DNA from: Saccostrea cucullata | Lineage: Eukaryota | Direction of reading: 5' to 3' | Length of the DNA stretch: 64,000 nt | Assembly: GCF_032062105.1 (NCBI RefSeq) | Contig: NW_026931351.1 | Coordinates: 1 to 64,000 of the forward strand | Shown here: in pieces, positions 12,761 through 26,259 of the stretch | Layout of the letters: every line of letters begins with the position of its first letter | Position numbering within the stretch: the stretch's first letter is position 1 | The notes under the pieces: generated by a model | Told to the model about the DNA's origin: nothing | Databases searched by the model: none | Seen by the model: the letters and a program-made list of their open reading frames with translations, nothing else | Translations under genes and position numbers: made by a program

Positions 12761-15700
12761 ATGGCGACGTACACGGAATATAATCAAGCAAGTTCCGTGG
12801 ATTCTTACAGAAATACTCCGAAACAGAATATTTCTTCTGGACGACCAAACTCTTCAGAGACTCATGTTAGTTTTAATCATAAAAATAAAGAAGAGGAAAA
12901 AGACAAGCGTCAGAAATATTTGACAGCTAAGTATGGACAACACCAAATGATGTTGATTCGCAAAAGATTAGCAGTGGAGGACTGGCTTTATGATAAGTTG
13001 AGAGAGCTCCACAACTGCCAGGTATGGATAGAACTATTCAAGGCTTTTGATTGAGATAACCCTACGTTTTTTGACTGAACTTTTCCTTATATGATTAGGA
13101 CAATATGCAAAATTTTAATATGTTACTGTTAATAGTTTCAAAATCGACAAATTCCAAGTATGATACAAGTTTTCATGAGAAAAAAAAGATGCAGCTTTGA
13201 AAATTTAACTTAAAAAAAATGGGTACCGGTAAAACATTTATTTATCCAAGGAGAATTTACAGAAAGTTTAAATAATGATTACTTGCAAATATACAGTTTC
13301 TAAAGTAAAAGCTAGTATATTTAAACAGGGACTTATATACTTAGTATATAAGTCCCTGATTTAAAAGAGCTAAATAAAATAGGTTTTTCTTAACTAAATC
13401 AAAGAAATTTTTAATTGTCATAGAATGGTGCACAAGCATGATAAAAAGCACTTTAAATTTATACTGCAGTGTTACTTAAACAAAAAAGTTTATATAAACA
13501 TGATAAATATGTATACACAGTGTAACTTGATGCAGCATAATTTCGTTATTCTGTTGATGATACAAAGTGCGTAGTTTTATCCATCTATAATTTTCTGTAG
13601 TCATTGAAAACTTATCAGCTTATATTTAAATATCATGAGTTTTTCAGTTATAAAACATCCAAAAAAAAAAAAAACCCACATCACTGCATTCTTTAATCTT
13701 AAAGCATGACTAAAGTCTTGCAGCATGACATGTTAAAGAAAAGGTGTGTGCAAACTGAACATATTAAAAGTAAATATTGATTTAATGCATATCTCTACTT
13801 ATATCATGACCTTGGAGTCAAAATTTTATTTATTTAACACTAATCTGACCCCATTCACAGCTTGTTTACTGATTTTGATATACCAAATAAACTGTTAATT
13901 GCTCAATTAGCAGTCAGTTAATATACATGTTTATTTCCTATCGATAAGGGAACACTTGCATTTGACTTTCTTCTCTCATTTCAGATAAATTACAGTAAGT
14001 TCTGTGTAAATGTTTCATGTATTTGAATTCAAAAATTAAAAAAAATCAAGTGTTATTATAATCTACAGATAATAAAATGATAAAAGTATCAGATTATCTT
14101 TGTATATCTATGAGAGGAAATCTGCCCCATTGTTTGATATTCACACAGCCATTTTCAGAATACTTTTAGTACATACAGACACTATTAACTGAGCAATAAT
14201 TTTCTTCTCCTGGGAAATTTCCTAAGCCATATGGTAGGGCTATTGATGTGTTTTATGCATGGTGGTGTTTAGGGCAGTTGACTTTATGGCCAGAAGGAAT
14301 GCATACAAATTTGAACACAATGCTGTGTGCTACTGATTTCACTCCGACCACTGTTTTAACAGATGCCTATTTGGTTATTCATGGCAGGGGAACACACGCA
14401 GACCATAAGCATCTATCCAACGGGCTTTTGTTTTTTGGATGCTCAAGTTTGTGGGTCATTCTTCTTAAGTGGTTTTGTAACTAACAAAAGGGTAATAAAA
14501 AAAAAGAAAGAAAAAAAAAACCCTTTTTGTTTATGGGTCCATTAACAGGTGTTTGTATATATATGTCACTCTACAGTGAGGGAGGAAAATATTAATTCAG
14601 ATAATGGATGATAAGTGAAACAAGTATCTTCCTAGTAATACAGACATGTTCTGGGGTGCCACCCAGTTATAGGGGCTGACTTCAATATTCCAGAGTCAAG
14701 TACTACAGGGGGTTTGTCCCATAAAGTAGAGCCTCTTGTTTGCCTGATCTTCACTTGTTACAATCCAGGTGTTATTTCTTAATTTTTAGTTTTCTGTATA
14801 CAAATGCATACCTTTCCTGTTATTTGTTTTCATTCAGATGAATGAAGATGGATTTTTTTTTTGCGGGCTGACGCTGTTGTATGTGTGGGTATTGTTTTAC
14901 AACATGGCAGAGAATTGTTTTGCGGGATGTGAATTATGCATGGGCTCCAGTGATAAATGTGATGTAATGTGGGAGGTGGTCTCCGATTCAACTGGATAAT
15001 ATTGATTTAGAATGAAAAAAAAGCCACAAACTTAATTTTACTTACATATATATAGATACATACACCTAAATATTTTTTTTAGGTGAAATATCAAAATACA
15101 ACATGCAAAGGAAATTGTTGAGTCATTCCAAATATGATTTATGCATGTACATGTACATTCATATATGCACATAGCCTCTGATTATCTCTCTATGAGTAAC
15201 CTTTGGAATACAATAAAATTTACAATGCCCTCTAGAGTTTTTCCTAGGAAGACGTGTTACAACATAGCTACCTGGCATATCTTCCTGATATAGATAAATT
15301 ACTATTAGTCCAGCATATGTGTTTCGAAATTCTTAATATGACTCTTATTGGATTGTTCAATCAAAGTTAAAAGTCTGGATCTCATAGAATTAATCCGTGA
15401 GAGAAGTCACATTAAAATTAATGACAGATTACTGTAAAGAAATATTGTGATTATAGGATTTGAAGTCTATATAATACCACACAATCAATGCGTCTCTAAT
15501 GCCTTATTTTGTCTGACAATACCAATTTGCTTTCCAACCCCTCCTAAATCCGTAAATGACCATGTGGGTTGTTTGGTTTATATATTTTTGTAACTAACAG
15601 CTTTTGTCATTTTCGTACTCTGTTGTCGGGTAGTCCAGCCTTTTGATAAGGTTTGATCTCCTACCCAACCGTTGGTCAAAGTATTGACGGAATTAAAGCC

Positions 15701-18700
15701 ACTCTGAATGCAGTCCTATTGTCCCAGTGCTTTGCCAATCAATAGGGAGGCTTTTTACTTTGATTTGAATTGATCAATGTATTCAGTTTTTAAATCGGTA
15801 CAGGGCTGCATGTTTACCCTTGATATCTGTGGCAGATGGTCCTGTTTATGGAATGGGTGTCACCTTTGGTGATGAAAGGGGGGAACACAGTCTCTGTAGC
15901 CTTTGTACCTTGACCTTGTATAAAGGGTAGAATGCAGCCTAAACAGCTTGTATGCCAAATTAATGGTTTTTTTTTTTCATCAGCAGATTTTACTTTGTGG
16001 AGTAAGATTATGCAATTACAAACATGAGGAGAAAAATACCATCTGCTGAATCTAATGGATGAGTGTTGATATATAGGAGTATTGAGCATCTCTGTTATAA
16101 CTTTGAATGGATTATTGAAAAAGTATAAGAAAACGTATAAGAAACGTACAAATAGCAGAAGCGTGTTTTTCTGCTAAAAAGCTCTAGTCTCATGTCGTGT
16201 CAAAAGTTTCATAATGAAACTCGAAGTAAACATTTTCCAGATCAGTTGAGAAACTCTTTCTGTGTAGGTTTTTGTAAAATGTTTATCGGAGAAGAAGTTA
16301 GTGCATGAAATTGATGATTAATCCATGTGGTTATGGGCCCAGGAGCAAAAAATGAACTAACTTAGCATAAGGTCTTGGATATGGAGTGACGTTTAGTTAG
16401 CTAGAGAATTTTCAGAGGTTACATACAAGACAAATGAGCCAGAGGGAGTGTATATGTTTGTCAAATTGATTAATGCAATTAAAAAAAATAAACAAAGACA
16501 TTTTCGTCATGGTAAAGGGATTGTAATAAAGTCAGATTAATTAATGCAAAAGCATGTGAAAAATAAAGACACTCGTCATATGACTCAAAAAATGATGACA
16601 AAGAATTATCTGATCAAAGAAACGCACACAGCTATTTGACAAGATGTTTGTACACACAAGGACAAACAGATAAATTCTGAAATACTTATATAGATAGATT
16701 TTTTTTTATAGATCGAGATATGGGATTGAATTACTTCCATTCTTTCAAATCAAATAATCTCAAGTGTGAGCTTAGGTAAACAGAAAGGTATCAACTGATA
16801 AGGGTAGTAATAGCCCAGAAGGAAATAAGGCCCCCCTAATTCATGTCGCCACAGTCTATGACCTAGTCACCTCTACAAGGGAATGCTATGGTCTTCCTGC
16901 CCCTAGTAATAGCCAGGGAGGAAATAAGCCCCCCCCCCCCAATTCATGTTACCGAGGAGGAAATAAGGTCCCCCTTAAGTCAAGTCACCACAGTCTGTGG
17001 CCTAGTCACCTGTACAAGGGAATGCTATGGTCTTCGTGCCCCTGAGTCAGAGCTGTACAGGTGATAAAAATAGAAAGTATAAGGAGTGGGTCAGTCTTAG
17101 CGTACAGCATGTCCAGTAGTGGACGTTTATCTGTAGAGCATATTGGTCCCAGTTTACCTGTCCCCTTAGTGGACATTAATCTCGCCTGTTACATTACAGT
17201 TGTCAGGGGTTCATTTAAGAGAGGACAGACACTACATATAATAACAAATAGATAAAAAGAAGTTGTTTGTCTTTATAGTATGGAAAAATCTGTAACATTG
17301 CTTTATTCGAAATAAGATAGCTATGATAAACTTGTAATAAATGTGATGATGCCCACAAGGCTCCGCAATGTAAAGGAAAGAGAATATTAATAATATTCAT
17401 TCAAATGAATACTAGTAATCTGTGCTGTAGGTATGATCATCAATTCATGCACCGCAAGGCATTCAGCAGCAATCTAGAATTGAAGTAATTATTTTATTGC
17501 TTTTCATAAGTAGATATGCACGATGTTGCGAAGGATTACATGTCATATCAAATGTCTTCAAATTCTACATGACCAATTGCATGAACATCCTAGCTAGTAT
17601 TGATTCTATTTAGCTAAAGAAAGTATGGGAATGTGAATTTATGGAATAGCAAAATTATGATATCAACAAAGTGAACACAATACAGACATTGAGCCAATGG
17701 TTGGGTGGGTACATGTATATATCACTAACCGCAGTAAGGTCACCGAAGACAAGAGATAATAGAAAACAAACAACTCTTTCAAAAACAGTTTTATCAAGCT
17801 TGTAATTGAATTTACATAAAACATTACACCAATAAATTTGTTTACGGAAGAACTAAGGCCCCTATAAAATCCGTTCCTATCAGCTTATACAGGCTGAATA
17901 GGGGGAGAAAAAAGGTTTATAATTTTTAAAATCTCTTTCTGAGTGTAATATAAGAGCAATGTTATGCAATTCATATATTTTTATTTCTAAGACATTTTTT
18001 TACCCTTGAGATGAAGTGTTTTGATAAAGTGTCTCATAATGACATTTCTTAAGATTTTGAGTGATACAACGGGGGATATAAAGCATGACATGAATAATAA
18101 TATTTACGTATTTTTCACAGGAGGACAATGAAGACCATGACTGCAACTTAGATCTTGAGGACGTTTTAAATCTTGACACAGACGTAGAAAGAAGGGAATA
18201 TGCACAGGTATAAAATTACAAAGCACACAGAGAACAATTTTGCACATAAAATACTGAACAAATTCTATTTAAGGCCTATACATGTGCATGTATATGGTGT
18301 TTGGGTTTTAAAGTTGAAAGAAAATAACTGGTAGGTTGGCCCTCTTCCTGTTTCTCTTGTTAGCAATGTTCATTAAAATTTTTGTAACAAGTGAAAAAAT
18401 ACCACAGACTTTGAATTTTTACTGATCAGTATAGATATAGATACAGCATATATTTTTTCTTAGAACATAACACATCCATGACCATGATAGCTAGGCTTCA
18501 GCTCTCAAAAGTGCAGTTATGTTGCTTTCTTCTTCATAGACAAAGAATTATTGCCTTAATCATTTTAGAATATGATAAGTTCTTCAAAATGTTAAAATTT
18601 GCGATAGAGTTTACCAGAAAAGTTCCTTAGAACTCCACGTAAAATTTATACTTGTATATATGTGTGTGTGCCAGTTCCTTATATTGAGTGCAATTCTTTT

Positions 18701-19609
18701 CTTTTATAGAAAGAGCTGGTCACTGCACGGGTACCCAGGGAGGAAGTAGAGGTAACATTTTACGTAAAAAAAAATTGCGCACTAATATTTCGCTTGATTG
18801 ACAGAAGGCACATGAAGATTGGTCTTATTGCTTTGTCAATAGTTCCTCGATTTTCTTCAATGCTGCAGACTCAGTCATGTGTAAAGTACAAGTCATCTCT
18901 GGCTGTCAAATTTCCGTGTAATGTTCTTTTTTGCGTAAAAAATTTTAAGAAGTCTGGCAGATTAATCAGGCTTTGCCGTAAAGTGGGATTGCTGTTTATC
19001 GCAGAGGAAAATTTTGTTCTTTAGCCTACAGCTCTGTACTATTGTCAGCCCTAGCTTCTTAAATATCAACCTGCAGGCTTGAGTAGCATGTTTGATATTT
19101 GATTATTTGATGCAGAAATAGGATATTTTATCACAGAAGCATGTATGATATCTGATATGCAGGCTTTTTACTGATACATGTATCGGTGTTTGTGAAAATA
19201 ATGCATTCAATAGAGTGTGATAATATACTGTGAATAGATACTTAATAAATGGCAGCTAGATTAGTAGTAATGATAAGTTTTCTGAAACATATTATTTTTA
19301 AACCCATAAACACAAGGATATACTGGGGGTATGCTTGTACTAAACAGCTGCTAAACAAAACAAAATCTGAAATTCAATACATTTACATGTATATGTATAT
19401 TTCATGGCTTTTGATAACCAGTAGAAGTTGTACGAATGTATACCATCTCAAACCTGGACCCCCTTCCTTTGCGATCGCTATCAGAAAAACATATGTGGAG
19501 AGATAATATCTATCCCAGATTGTGTGTGCATTTGAAATTAATGTCTTTGGAATTTTATATTTTTCAGAGATTTATAGATGAGCTGATAAAGAAGTCAAAA
19601 ACATTGTAA
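12761..19609 (+). CDS. PPP1R14: Protein phosphatase 1 regulatory inhibitor subunit 14 (CPI-17/PHI-1 family); 4 coding exons
   Basis: Exons 12761-13021, 18121-18207, 18710-18751, 19568-19609, all phase 0 with GT-AG. Motifs YLTAKYGQHQMMLIRKRLAVEDWLYDKLREL (cf. CPI-17 RVTVKY...RRLDVEKWI), LDLEDVLNLDTD and RFIDELIKK. Vertebrate paralog (A-D) not assignable. Confidence 0.88.
16805..17043. repeat. Local ~100-bp tandem duplication in PPP1R14 intron 1
   Basis: GGAAATAAG-CCCCCC-AATTCATGT three times; CCACAGTCT...CCTAGTCACCT-TACAAGGGAATGCTATGGTCTTC-TGCCCCT twice. Confidence 0.75.
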
Positions 19610-22118
19610 AGAACTGTACATCTGGTCTCAGTGTGTTAGTGAGTGAATGCAAGGCAGTGGATTTAGTACATGTATCAGGGACTTCATCAAACTTTTTTGC
19701 AACAGGGATTTTTTAAGCTGTCCAACTTCTGACAGACACTGTACACAATGTTTTACTTTCAGAAAGAGCCAGCTGATGTCTGACTTTTGACAGACACTGT
19801 ACACAATTTTTACTCTATTCAGCATGCTTCTAGATGTAGTGTACTGAACTTTTGAATTTAAAAAAAGGTTTTTTATTTATTTTCTGAAGAATTAAGATAA
19901 GCCATGTAATGTTTGTTAGTAATTTTTGAAGTAGATACTAAAGCCATCCACAAATAAATGATATCAGTATTAATTAATTGTTACATCATTAATAGACAGT
20001 TTAATACTTGAAAAATATACAATCATTTAGATGAATTTGCTTCCCAATGATATAAATTACATTTAAGGTGTTTGTAGAAGATAAGGTACAGAAATTTATT
20101 TTTGTGACTTAAATGGAGTTTTCATGAAATTTTCAAAAGGATGCTAGGTACGTGCTACAGCTTTGATGCTTTTTGAATACAAGTTGTTGAGTTAAAAAAA
20201 AAATGGGTGTTTAAAAATTAAAATACGTGTGGAAACAGATAAAGGGTTCAGGCCTATAAGTCATGTAATAATTGTTTGCATGTCTGTTGTAGTGACAGAA
20301 TAATAAGAACAGTGCTGCAGAATAAGGAAGAGATTGTTTACTAGATTGTGTGTGTCAACTAAATTTTAGATTTTTATTTCCTCTAATTATGATGTACATT
20401 TTAATTTTTTTTTTCATTGGCATTTAAGATCACTTGTCATGTATATATACCTCAAATTTCATTTGAAATCCCTCCAACTTTTGGACTGATATAAAGCTCT
20501 TTCTGTAATTTTTTTGAACACTTATGTTTTGTTCTATGTTTTTAGCTATTGTAAAATGTATGAATTTTTAAGCGTACTTGTACACTTTTATGAATACAAT
20601 GAGTCCTTTGATTAATGTCCATTTTAATTCATCTCCTCACAAAAAAATTGTCCCTCCCCTTCCCCCATACCCTTTGATTTTATTATCATTTGTATCCGTA
20701 TGATTTATTAAATAGGGCACGTTTATATTATCCTGTGAACAACCCTGTGATGGTTTATCTTATGTTGATAAAAAGGAATCACCATACATGCACAACACTT
20801 TAAAAAAATTAATGATTACTGTGAAAGGGGGGGTAAAATTTGTTAAGTCACATCAGCTTTTTTATTTGTGAACAAATTCCCTTTACAATTCTAATGTAAA
20901 TGAACCCATAAGTTTGATGTGTAGATTTTGTTTTATTTCATAGACATTTTTAGATTTACTCAACATTTGATGAAATGATGGTGATTCTTGGTATTAACCT
21001 AGTTTCTGTGTCCTTGACATAGTTTCTGTAGGTGTCCTTGACCTAGTTTTTGTAGGCATCACCAATGGGTTGTGATTTTTACATGTTGTTACGTAGGACC
21101 TTTTTAGTTCATTCCACATTGTTTCCCACCCCTCCCCATTTTGAAATGTGTAGAATTGTATTGTAGGGATTTTGTTTTGTTTTCACTATAGATCAGTGTA
21201 TCCAGACGTTACATTTTCCGGCCAAATATTTTTGTGACATTATTCTTAGTGAATCTGACAGTGATGTGTTAATTATAATAGCTTGTTTGTACATTTGTTT
21301 GTTGTAAATTCGCAAATTTATTGGCCTTTTAACACATAATTACAGCAATAATAATTTTGTGTTTTTGTTATCAGCTATGTGCCAATATACTCATTGTGTA
21401 CAAAAATGTATTCACTATCTTGCTGTAAATTGGCATGTCATTTTTGGATTTGTATTTGAGATTGATGATTTCAGTATAGTACCACACTAAGTAATTGAAT
21501 TTTTATTTTTCATGAAAAAAATCTCATTGATTTTGTAAAAAAAATCTTCTCATTGATTTTGTTCACAGATGTATTGTCAATCATGATTTTTTTTTTCCAA
21601 TCTTCTCTGTAAGAAAGCTTATGTACCAGCTAGGGCTGACATATAAAAAGAAAAAATTGTCGAGGAAATCAGTTGCAGAGAGGCAAGATATTCACTATTT
21701 TTCACATTTAACAGTATGATACAAAAGATAAATGCATTTTAAGTTACAGTGCATGTTCTGATGTTTTGAGATGAAAACCTTCATTGCAGTAAATTAGAGA
21801 TAATGTTAGATCAGGTAATTCTGAAAAATGTATTATATTTAAAGAAAAATATTTTGTTTTCAACACATTTCAAGTCGTTTGGTTTCATTGACTATAAACT
21901 GATGATTTCACATGTGGTAGATCAAGTTCCGATTGTTCAAACTTTTGCAAAAGACAGTTATAAAATACTTGGTGTGACAAAAAATAAAATAATCATATTA
22001 AAGAAATGCACATCTAGTACCAATTAACATGATGTACTAACACTGAACATATATAAAGGCTAAATAAGTTGTGTTGTTATGATAACATTATCATGTGACC
22101 ACCATGTCTCCATGTCTA

Positions 22119-22213
22119 ACAGGAAGTGTACACACTGACAGGAAGTGCATACCCTGACAGGAAGTGTACACCCTGACAGGAAGTGCATACTCTGACAGGA
22201 AGTGTACACCCTG
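22119..22213. repeat. 19-bp tandem repeat x5
   Basis: ACAGGAAGTG(TACAC/CATAC)NCTG. Confidence 0.92.
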
Positions 22214-23004
22214 TTCACAACTAGTCACAGACACATTGTATATTTTCTATACTGCTGAATGGATACTTTTTTTTGCATGTTAATAGGTGATTTTATTACA
22301 GCAATAATTTGTTTAAGGTTTAATTGTGTAGAAATTTTGATTTTACAATAAAGAATTTTTTTGAACTCGTAATTTTTTTTTTATGTGTTAATACTTTTGT
22401 GGGATCTTTCAAAGGTAAACTTCAATCACTTATTCAAACTTTTGGATCTTGATCAATAGAGCTTATATATTACAAAACAAAAGAGGAGAAAAGGGGTGAC
22501 ACTTGGTCAGCAAGTTTTAGGCTTGGGAAGGCATAATTATATAATATATGTATAGGTCTATAAAATTGTTTGCACCCATTATTACTTGGTTGATATAAAT
22601 ATTTAAATGATAAAAATTTTAAGATTGAATTTAATAGTTAATGGGAATTTATGAATACAGTGAATGAAATAGTACATGTAATACCAACAAAATACTTTAT
22701 GCTAAATATTTTAAATCTTCATCACCTTAATTCACCTGAGAGCTTACTAAGGCGAAATGGGAATGCTAAATTTTACAGTTAAGGCGAGATGGGAACAAGC
22801 CTTTATCACTACTTTCCAATTATGATGTTGCAGGACATTTCACAACACCAAATGAGAAGCAAAATACGTACATTCCTTTCCTTTTTAAAATAGTTAAATG
22901 TCAGAAGATTAAACATTCTTACCTTCTTTCAGAATGATAAATCTAAGAAAGGGAAAAGTTACTTTACACAACTACACCAGAGTTGGGGTTCCTTAGTTAT
23001 AGAT

Positions 23005-23360
23005 TGATTGATTGTATGTTGTTTAACATCCCTCTCAAGAATTTTATACTCATAGGGAGACGCCACAACCAGTCTAATTAAAAACTTGCCATCGCTTTGT
23101 GTAGGATAGCTACAAATTTTGCCACAACTTGCCAGTGGATAGCTACAAATTTTGTCCTATGCTCGGCAGTCAGGGTCAATGAGCAGTAAGGGATCTTTTT
23201 CATGCCAGCACCTACTGCGACACAGGAATTCAATTTATAAGGTCTCATCCGAAGGACTGGTCTCCACGTCCCACAGTGGGATTCTAACCCACCGTAAGGA
23301 GCAACTCCTTACTTTGTGACTCTAGAGCACATGCTCTAACCACTGCGCCACATGGGCGAC
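23005..23360 (-). mobile_element. Full-length tRNA-derived SINE with Deu/Nin-like central domain
   Basis: A-box TGGCGCAGTGGTTAG and B-box-like motif on the minus strand, core CCTTCGGATGAGACC...GATCCC, (CAAT)n tail, 14-bp target duplication CCTTAGTTATAGAT at 22991-23004 and 23361-23374. Confidence 0.85.
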
Positions 23361-24256
23361 CCTTAGTTATAGATGCAATGAAAAAGCTGAATCTTTATTA
23401 ATATAGTGCATTTATTTAAATAAAACCAAAGTTTAAAATAAAGTCATCTTTGATTGTTTTCCTCAAGGAAATGCTACAATAATTATCCAAAATTATTATG
23501 CATGAACATAGGTGTGAACCTTACATTGAAATACTAGTAGACTTTAAACAGTGTGTTAAAAATTCCAGATATTGAACAATTTTGAAAATCACAGCTCCAA
23601 AAATATGTTTTTTTTTTACCAAGATATGTCATTCTTTCATATTAAAGAATAATAAAAACCATAAAAAAGAAATTGGTCAACTCTAAATATGTGTATTACA
23701 GTGTAATACTCTACACCAAGTAAAACATGTAAAACAGTTCAGCTTCAATACTGTGTAAATCAATACCTCACATCACTTGTACCATAGATATGTTTAAGTA
23801 AGTGATAAGTCCCAAGCACTTCTATAATTTTCTATAATGTATTTAAACCAAAAAAACTTGATTCCCTTAATATCACATTTTTCTCTCACTCTGCTCCCAG
23901 TGAGTTTGGGATAACAAGGTTTAACTGTATTTGTGGTACTTTTAAAGAGTGAAAAGAATATACAGCCAAGTTTAGGATACATGTATGAAATGTTTCTAAT
24001 ACCCTGAACCTATTGACTGACAAAAAATTTGTACTGTGCAGGGTTCTAAAATTTTTAATATAATATTGGCAACTAATAATTTTGATTGGCACCTAAAAAT
24101 TCTCTTTAAGTTAAATTCTGCCAAACTGGGGACCAGTTAAAATTATGTTGGCAATCATCAAATGCAAAAACTGAAAAATTTTTCAACAATTTTTTTTTTC
24201 TGAAGAGGAGAAAAGAATCTTTATGATTAAAATAGACCTCCTCCCCTTCCTAAGAC

Positions 24257-24424
24257 TACTGTATATACTCGCCTATAAGTCGGTTTTTTTGAGAGTCCTG
24301 TGTCTGACTTATAGGCGAGCTATAAAAAGAACGGTATTACATGAGGTCAGTCCATCTGAAATATAAGCTTATTAAATACAACCGACTTATAGGCGGACTG
24401 ACTTATAGGCGAGTATATACGGTA
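24257..24424. mobile_element. TA-flanked Tc1/mariner-type MITE
   Basis: TIRs TACTGTATATACTCGCCTATAAGTC / GACTTATAGGCGAGTATATACGGTA. Confidence 0.78.
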
Positions 24425-24671
24425 ACCTAATGAACTAGTATATCTAGATTGGCCTATGACAAATTTGCCTGGCGACTAAAAATTTGCATTGGCGACAAAC
24501 TTTTTTTTCATAGGAGTCAGCTAGTGCCTAAATTTTAGAGGTCACTTAGAGGCCTGCTGTGGTATTTACCTTTATCATAAGAATTCATGAATTATACATG
24601 CATTCTTTACTTCTAAAGTAGTTATATTCATAAAAAAGTTGCACACCCCATTTGGAAACAGAATATCAAAT

Positions 24672-24883
24672 TACTGTATAGAGGGAAATTTTTGCCGTTT
24701 TATTTCCACTCCTTTCGCCCTTACCTCAATTGGGCGAATTTACAATGGGGGGAATTCAAAGAATACAGTATGATTTCTTAAACAAAAGTGTAAGAAGGCG
24801 AATTTAAGACAGCTAGGGCAAAATTGTTTGCAAGGTTGAAAGGGCAAAAATAAAGCAGGGCGAAAATAACCCTGTATACAGTA
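24672..24883. mobile_element. TA-flanked MITE, family B copy 1
   Basis: TACTGTATAGAGGG ... CCCTGTATACAGTA; second copy at 33887-34099. Confidence 0.72.
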
Positions 24884-25065
24884 ATAAAAATAATTTTTAA
24901 GACTGTAATCAAGACTGACAGGAATAGTAATTTGGAAAACCTTCATACAAGTGAAAAAAGTACTTATGAATTATAGCTGGATGTAACTAATCACCTCCAA
25001 ATTGTGTAAATGTTGCCTCATATATACGTACAGTGTTGTTGTTCCATGAATTATAAAATGTGATA

Positions 25066-26024
25066 TACGAGGGGTGATCAAAAAGTTCGCAAACTAATTG
25101 AATAACTTCCATACAAGAAACAATATTTGGTTTTAATGTTGATTATATTTTAAATTAATCCTCTCCGATTTTAATGCACATCAACTACCGTTCTGCGCAT
25201 GCGCGAATCACGTGATATTGGCAGTCACGTGACCCCCTCCGTAGCGTTCTGTCACAAAAGTTAAAAGATTTTTCTGAGTTTTATATTTCTTTCCTTGTGA
25301 GTTAATTTTTATGACAAGAACAGTTAATTTGTCAGAAATATATCGGCAACAGAATGGGTGGATAATAACATCCTTTCCAAAAATAAAAATGGCGACCATT
25401 AAAACACAAATCTTCTGTCTCAGGAGAGACCTTTATTCAAGGTGGATAGAGAATGGGTGCATCCTTTTTATCATATCTAATATGTTTAAAATCTAAAGTA
25501 AACGATATCTTAGGTATTTAATTCTTTTATCATTGTTCAAATATTCAACTATTTTTCAAAGTGCTAATTGGAGGTCTTTGATAGCAAATTGCTTATTTAA
25601 AAATACATATCTTTTCAAACTTGCTTTCACTGGGCAAGATGACAAGTATCATTTTTAACCATCAGCCTTCCTTCACTAAAACGATTAATCCAACCATTAA
25701 TTGAATTCATAGGAACTCATTTATCTCAATAAACTGTGTACAAATTATTATATGATACTGTAGAGGAATTTCTAAGATATTACAATAAATTGTACAGTCG
25801 TTTGTTGAACGAGTCCACTGAGACAACCATTTTTCGTCACAAGTGACCTAAATAGTGACGTCATTTTCACATTGTGACGTCACAAACAAGGAGAGAAACT
25901 TTATTCAGCATATGCTATTTATAGACCTTGTGCATGGCTATGTGTGTACCGAATTTCATTCTAATCTGAATTGTGGTTTTGTAGATATAGAGATAGTTTG
26001 CAAACTTTTTGATCACCCCTCGTA
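25066..26024. mobile_element. Non-autonomous mariner element
   Basis: ~30-bp TIRs TACGAGGGGTGATCAAAAAGTTCGCAAACTA / TAGTTTGCAAACTTTTTGATCACCCCTCGTA with TA flanks; no transposase ORF. Confidence 0.85.
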
Positions 26025-26259
26025 CATTTCATAAACAAGAACTCTTCAATCAAAGAACAATTTGTTCATCAGAAAAGAAAAAAATCTACGAGACAGGGTA
26101 AAAAAAGTCAATAAATAAAATTAAATTTGCTCTTAGCTGGGATCTAATCTAATTAAAACCGTATCTTTCAATCTGCTGATGTAGATTACTACACTGAGGA
26201 TCTACGTGAGCAGATCAAAGTATCTGATTTTAATTAGATTGGCTTAACTCTAGCTTTTG

